Positions 58,703 to 64,000 of a DNA stretch of 64,000 bases are shown in pieces (the first letter of the stretch is position 1; each line of letters begins with the position of its first letter). The notes under the pieces are model-generated. The model was not told where the DNA came from, ran no database searches, and saw nothing but the letters and a program-made list of their open reading frames with translations. Position numbers and translations under genes: made by a program. This stretch comes from Vicugna vicugna (Eukaryota), in the NCBI GenBank assembly GCA_013265495.1, contig MU057724.1, forward strand, positions 744,001-808,000. Direction: 5' to 3'.

Positions 58703-59689
58703 TCTGTAACATCTTCATCAAATTCTAAATCAGTGAATTAAATCCCCGTCCATTTTGGTGGATGCGTCCACCTGAGGAGCTGGCAAACTTTATTGCAATC
58801 TTGGGGACATGCCTTGTTTTGCCATTATATAAAATATATAATTTTCACATATGAAAACAGATTAAACAGAAAATAAAAGTATATGAAATTAAAAAGTGTT
58901 TAAAAAATGTATGTAACTGAAGAGTGGTTCTTCAATTGCACGTATTTTATTATTGTAACTTTACATCAGTGACACTTTGATAAAAAATATTCTAAGAAAC
59001 AGACTAAAGATTACCTTTAAGTAAGTAGCCCTGACCAGAAATTCAAGAAATAAAAAGATGAAAATTAAAAATCTGGAAGTTTGTTTATTGGAAACAAATG
59101 TCAGAAAAAAATTCTGTCATTTCCCTTGGGGAAAAAAAGTTTGTTTCCTGGTGACTGTGGTTTTCGACAGAACCTGTGGCTTAGCGCGCTCGGTCAGGCT
59201 CACGTCGGCCGGCAGAGGGCAGTGTGGATTCCCAATCGGCCCAAATCTATAAAAAAACGAGAGAAAGTATTTCCACTTCCTTAATCCAAAACCTGACTGT
59301 AGTGGATAAAGTCCTAAAAGCACTTGGATTGTACACACGGGGGCCCATGGCATCTGATCGCCTAACTATCATGACAACGTATGGCAGTCAACTGAAAAAA
59401 GAAATCTGGATAATCGGCATTTTAGGGAAAAAAATCGGGAAGTGAGTTTGCTCGAAGCAAACACAGATTTCTACACGACAAAATTCACCATCATCCGGCG
59501 TTCAGGGCTGTAAGAGGCCTTAATTCACGGCCGTGTTCCTGATGAAATGCACGTCTGTGAACGGAACAGCGCTGCGTCTCGTGGTTCTAAGCTAAGCAAG
59601 CGCGTTGAAAACTGAAGCCAAGAAAAACTATCAAAAATCATTTCTGCGGGAAGGAAGGAAACAAGAGAAATGTGCCCTCTCGGTAGGTC

Positions 59690-60270
59690 CAGCTTCGCGT
59701 GGTCCACTTTGCTGCGCGAGTGAGGGCCCCACAGGAAGCGGAAACGGACCCGCCGGCCTGTGTCGCCCCGTCCCCGAGGCCCCCAGGCCGCGAGGCTCAG
59801 GAGGCCCACGGGGGGCCCGCGTTCGGCAGGCGGAGGCGCCGGCTACACCCCCGCCCCGACGGCGGTCGCCCCAGCACAGCAGCGGAAGCGCCTTTCGCGC
59901 CGGTGACGCCCCAGGCCACGGCGCTCTTGGCGCCCGCGCAGCGCGTGGGGAGGCGGGGCCGCCGCGCGTCTCTTTCCGGTTGTGCGCGTCTGCGTAGCTT
60001 GGGCCCAGCTCCTCACCGACCTGCTCCGCGTGCCGCCCGGTGCCGCGAGGGGACGAACAGAACCCGCCGCGAGGATCCAGCTCGGCTGGCGCGCCGCGGA
60101 CGCTGGCAGGGGCCCGGCGGGTGCTCGGCGGGCGTGGGCAGTTCAGTCGCGCCCATCAGCGCGCTGCCGGCCGGGCCCCGGGCGCGCGGAGAGCGGGGAC
60201 GCGCAGAAGAAGGGACGGAGCGCCTTCGCCCCTTCCGGCCCCGCGAATTCAGGCCGGGGCTTCTGTGAAA
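59690..60270. promoter_or_regulatory. CpG-island-like region ~14 kb upstream of SNAI2
   Basis: Very dense CpG with no recognisable coding exon. Confidence 0.55.
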
Positions 60271-60327
60271 TTAGAAGCGATTTTCAGGATAAACAGATCC
60301 ACATCCCTAGATGTGAAACGAACGTTT

Positions 60328-60760
60328 AGCAGTGCGATTGCTGGGCCAGACGCTGGTGCCGTGTTCTGGGTTTTAAAAAACTGCCCAACTATTTTTACCA
60401 TTAATGGCCCCGCCCACAGCTGGGGCGGGTGTCCTGTTTCCTTGTTTTCTCACTTTTCCGGTTCTTGTTGTAGACGTTTTGTACGCGTGGTGGCATCTCA
60501 CTGTGGGTTCAGTTTGCGTTTGTCTAGGGGCGAGTGGCGTGAACGGCCTTTCGCTCCCCGCCTTGCGCGCGCGGCCGCTTTCCGTGGCCATAACCTCGCC
60601 TTCCCGACGGCGGCTTTCCTTTCCACCCGTCCAGGCAGAGTGTCACACGGAGCCAAGGCTCTTCGTTCTGATGCAGTCCAGTTTATCAAATGTGTTTGTC
60701 AGACTATGCTCTAAATTGCCTTTCTAAGAACTCTGCCAACCCTAAATCTCAAAAACTTGG
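60328..60760 (-). mobile_element. Old LINE-1 (L1MB/MC-like) fragment
   Basis: gtgcgattgctgggcca, aaaaactgcccaactattttt, gtggtggcatctcactgtgggttcagtttgcgttt, ttctgatgcagtccagtttatc, tctaagaactctgccaaccc. Confidence 0.75.
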
Positions 60761-61236
60761 GGGAAGTCAGACATTTTTTTATGTGTTTTATCCTTGTTTC
60801 CTCTGGTTCTTGTTCTGTTTCTCTTTTCTTAACTTCCTTCAAGTCATCTGCACGTTCTGTGCGCCCGCATCTGAGATACTTGCGGTGTAAGTAGTTACGG
60901 TGCTTTGAACGCGCGGCCCATACAGCTGTGTCACACACATCCACGTGTGTGCACAGACACACGGGCGCAGGCGGAGAAGAGGGAAGAGATGTATTTGTAC
61001 GTATATTTGTGTTTTAATTCCCTGTTACCTGCGTCCCCGGAGTAAAGGCTGCAGGGAGGGGCCACCGCCACGCCCACATGCACGCCGAGTGGCCGGCACG
61101 TGGCCCAGAACGTGGATCGTGACCGGGGTGGCTGATTCGAGAGCGAGGACCCCTCGCTGGGCTGAGCGGGGGGCCGCAGGCAAGCAGCCCTCAGAAGGGG
61201 CGTTTGGAGGAGGCCGAGTAGGCTAGTGACACCGCC

Positions 61237-61250
61237 CCTGCAGGAGGCAG
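61237..61250 (+). promoter_or_regulatory. CTCF-like motif
   Basis: CCTGCAGGAGGCAG, one deviation from CCWSYAGRKGGCRS. Confidence 0.35.
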
Positions 61251-64000
61251 CCCAGCGCTCTGGGCGGACAGAGCTCCTACGGGCCGGAGACTGGCGTTCG
61301 TCAGGCGCGTAGGACAGCGTCCACGGGAGAACTAATGTCCAAGGGTGACAAACACCCGCCGTCTGCCGGAAATGCCGTGGCGACTTCAGCCCCTGCTTTC
61401 CGTTCTATTGTGGACAGAGAAGACACACCCTGTTGGCCTCAGGATTCCTCCCGAGACCACGGGATTCTTGGAAGCAAAAATAGCAGCGCGGCGCCTGGCA
61501 CAGAGCAGGCAGTCTGCACGCAGCTGCTGGGCTGGGCCGCGTGCTGGAAGGCTGGCTTCCCTCCTAGCCCGTCATCTGACGGTGACACGTGATCTCCACT
61601 TCCTGCATCACAATACGACTTCCCCAGTATTGCTTCAGGATTTGCTAGTGCTCGTCTGTGAGCTCAAGATTGGAACTTTTTCTTCCCCCTCAACTTGTGG
61701 GTGGTTTTTGACGTGTTTATGGGCTGTTGAGCAGTCAGTGTTGCTAAGATGCTGGGTGGGATCTAAAACACCGCTGGTCCCAAGTGGGCATTTGCCATCT
61801 CTGTTCTGAAGGGAAAAAATACTAGTGCGTCCCAACCTAGGCACGGGTTTTATTTAATTCCTGGACATTCTTCATTGTGCCTCTTGAAAGGATTACAAAG
61901 TGTTTCATTTTGTGATCTCAGTTTTTGATGAAATATTTATAAACTCTTTTTTATGAGTCTGAACAAACACTTGTGGGTTTTGGACCCTGAGTTTTCATAA
62001 ATATTCATTGAAAAACCATAAACACTTCATCCCTTGTATGGAAAATTTAATGAATTAAAAGTAACAAAGTGGGTAATTAAGAGAAAACAAACAGCATATT
62101 CCCATTAGATATGAACGAGTGGCTTCTGTTTTGTTTACTCTGAACCCATTACAGATTCTATGTTATAAAATAACATCTGTGAATTTGCTGTCATTGGATG
62201 TGTTGTAGCATGAACACTGCAGAAAAGATGTGCTAATTCTGTTAGAAATTCTCAATAAACTCAAAATCAATTCAAAGATACTTCAGTGTAGGGTGCTTCA
62301 CAAATGGGCTACATTCAGCAGGAATGTGAAGTGGCTGTGAGGCTGGACTGGTTCTTAATGATGAGGGAAGAGAGCTCTAAAGAAGTTCTCTGAAGGGAGC
62401 CCTTCACCTCTAACACGGTTCCAGGTTCTGTAATCCAACTCCAGTGGACACATCCCCGGAGACCTGCCAAGAGAGGCTGCAAATAGTTCATGATCTTTCC
62501 CGGACTCTCATGTGCAACTGGAGATGAACTTAAAAGTAAAAGGAGAGCGCCGGCTGGGTTAAACTGTGACAAGGGCCACAGTGTGTCATGTTTTCAAATA
62601 CACACACCAACTTGAGGATTCTTATGTATAAAACCTTGAAGGATATTTAAAATTTAACGACCCTGTTCTCACAAGGAAAGATAAAGGCCTAGGAGAAATG
62701 TATGCTGTCTTGCTCGCCGAGCACAAAATCCAGACCGAGACGGACTGGCTCCTGCTTCTCATTAGCCCTTCTTTACCAGCAGGTACGAGTGAAAACAGTA
62801 CACCGTGGGGAGCAAACACAAGGAAACTCGACTTGGTTCATATGATTAACTCAAAGCACAGTTAAACCTGGAACTCACCTCTGATTTCCAATTTTTAGTC
62901 CTGAAATCTGCACTACATTTCTTCCCAATTCTATGAAATAGAAATGGTCTTACTAACAAAGATGAACAATTTATAATTCAACGGTATATTATGCACCGTA
63001 GATTACAGTTTGTGACTCTATGATGCATTATTCAAATTCTGTGCTTAGACGTGCCCTGTTGCCGGAGGGTCCTCGCTGGAAACACGTGGAGGCAAAGGCG
63101 GTGGCAGGACCCCGAGGGAGGTACCCATCAATGCGTGCCCGTCTTGGAAACCAACAGGTGAAGAGCAGCTTGCTGGAGGGATTTCGTCAGCCTGACCGAG
63201 CAGGTTAGACGTACGTTCCCAGAGAAACGTGTTTTAATTAGAGCTTAAAGCAGCCTGAGCCCTCGTCTGATGGGGGCCCTAGGCTGACGGGGGTTGAAGC
63301 ACCTTCCTTCCCTCGGCTTGATGCTTTCCGGCCAGCATGCCACCTACCACGGGGCAGCTGAAAAGTTGCGTCAGCTAGAACAGTTTTGTGCTTTCATCGT
63401 GTGGGAAGGGGCCAGGAAAGAAATACATGTTTCAGTGTAACAAAGAGCCTTGAAGGAATCTAACTTCCGAAGCCTCCTTGCTCCGTGGGTCCCTGGGCTC
63501 CGTGCTGAGACCCCCTGACAAGGGGTCTTCACTCTGAGCACTGGTGATGTGATGATCCCCACCCCCTGGACAGCAGATAGCCTCAGGGGTGTCCCTCCAC
63601 CCCTCGCCCTGCTGGAAATACTGCGTCGCACAGTCGTCGAGATGGTGCTGCCGGACAGCTGCTCCCAGGGCCCCTCAGAACCAGACACGCCCAGGAGCCC
63701 AGCGTCGGCCGCTCCCACTCTGAGTTGCGTGAAGACGTGCAGGCTTCACAGACTCCTGCTCTGTCCCACTGTGACTCCTCACTCCCCCGGCGCAGTTACT
63801 ACCTGACCCCAGGTCCAGGTGCTGGGGACTGGCGGGGATGATAAAATAGAAGGAAAGACAAACACGTTTGGCCCTAAATAAAGTGTGGACGAGGGGCGGT
63901 GGCTGGTCAGAAATGGGGCCTGGGCAGGAATTATGAAAACGTCAGAACATCTGCACCCACTCACCAATAATCTAAAGTGAGTGTGGATTCGGGAACGGAG

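Noticed and set aside
58740-59050. Possible hAT/Charlie element (gagctggcaaacttt start)
   Set aside because: I could not identify a matching opposite terminus or a family.
1-64000. Neighbouring genes EFCAB1/CLXN and PPDPFL
   Set aside because: They are expected from human synteny, but I could not find matching exons or peptides in the window.

Overview
Mammalian genomic DNA, most likely a camelid (alpaca/llama/camel): three copies of a tRNA-derived SINE resembling camelid Vic-1, plus artiodactyl/camelid-type L1 3' tails. It is a draft assembly with one 129-N gap. The only protein-coding gene I can support is SNAI2 (Slug) on the minus strand: 3 coding exons (45741-45663, 44957-44412, 43546-43365), 807 nt, 268 aa, canonical GT-AG introns, and a ~1 kb 3'UTR ending near the AATAAA at 42338-42333. 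The rest is non-coding regulatory desert with old L1, L2, MIR, MLT1, Tigger/MER and MER5A fossils, simple repeats, one 39-bp VNTR and several CpG-island-like segments. I found no CRISPR array, rRNA or canonical tRNA gene, and the other listed ORFs look like by-products of high GC. The most unusual signal is compositional. Old, normally AT-rich and CpG-depleted transposon fossils have been shifted A/T to G/C and have gained CpGs. The same drift appears in the SNAI2 protein, its splice acceptors and its 5'UTR, and may have created new CpG islands. This fits strong GC-biased gene conversion. Repeat family names and human comparisons come from recalled consensus sequences and need RepeatMasker/alignment confirmation. 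I did not find a demonstrably new biological system; the enhancer-type findings are motif-level hypotheses.
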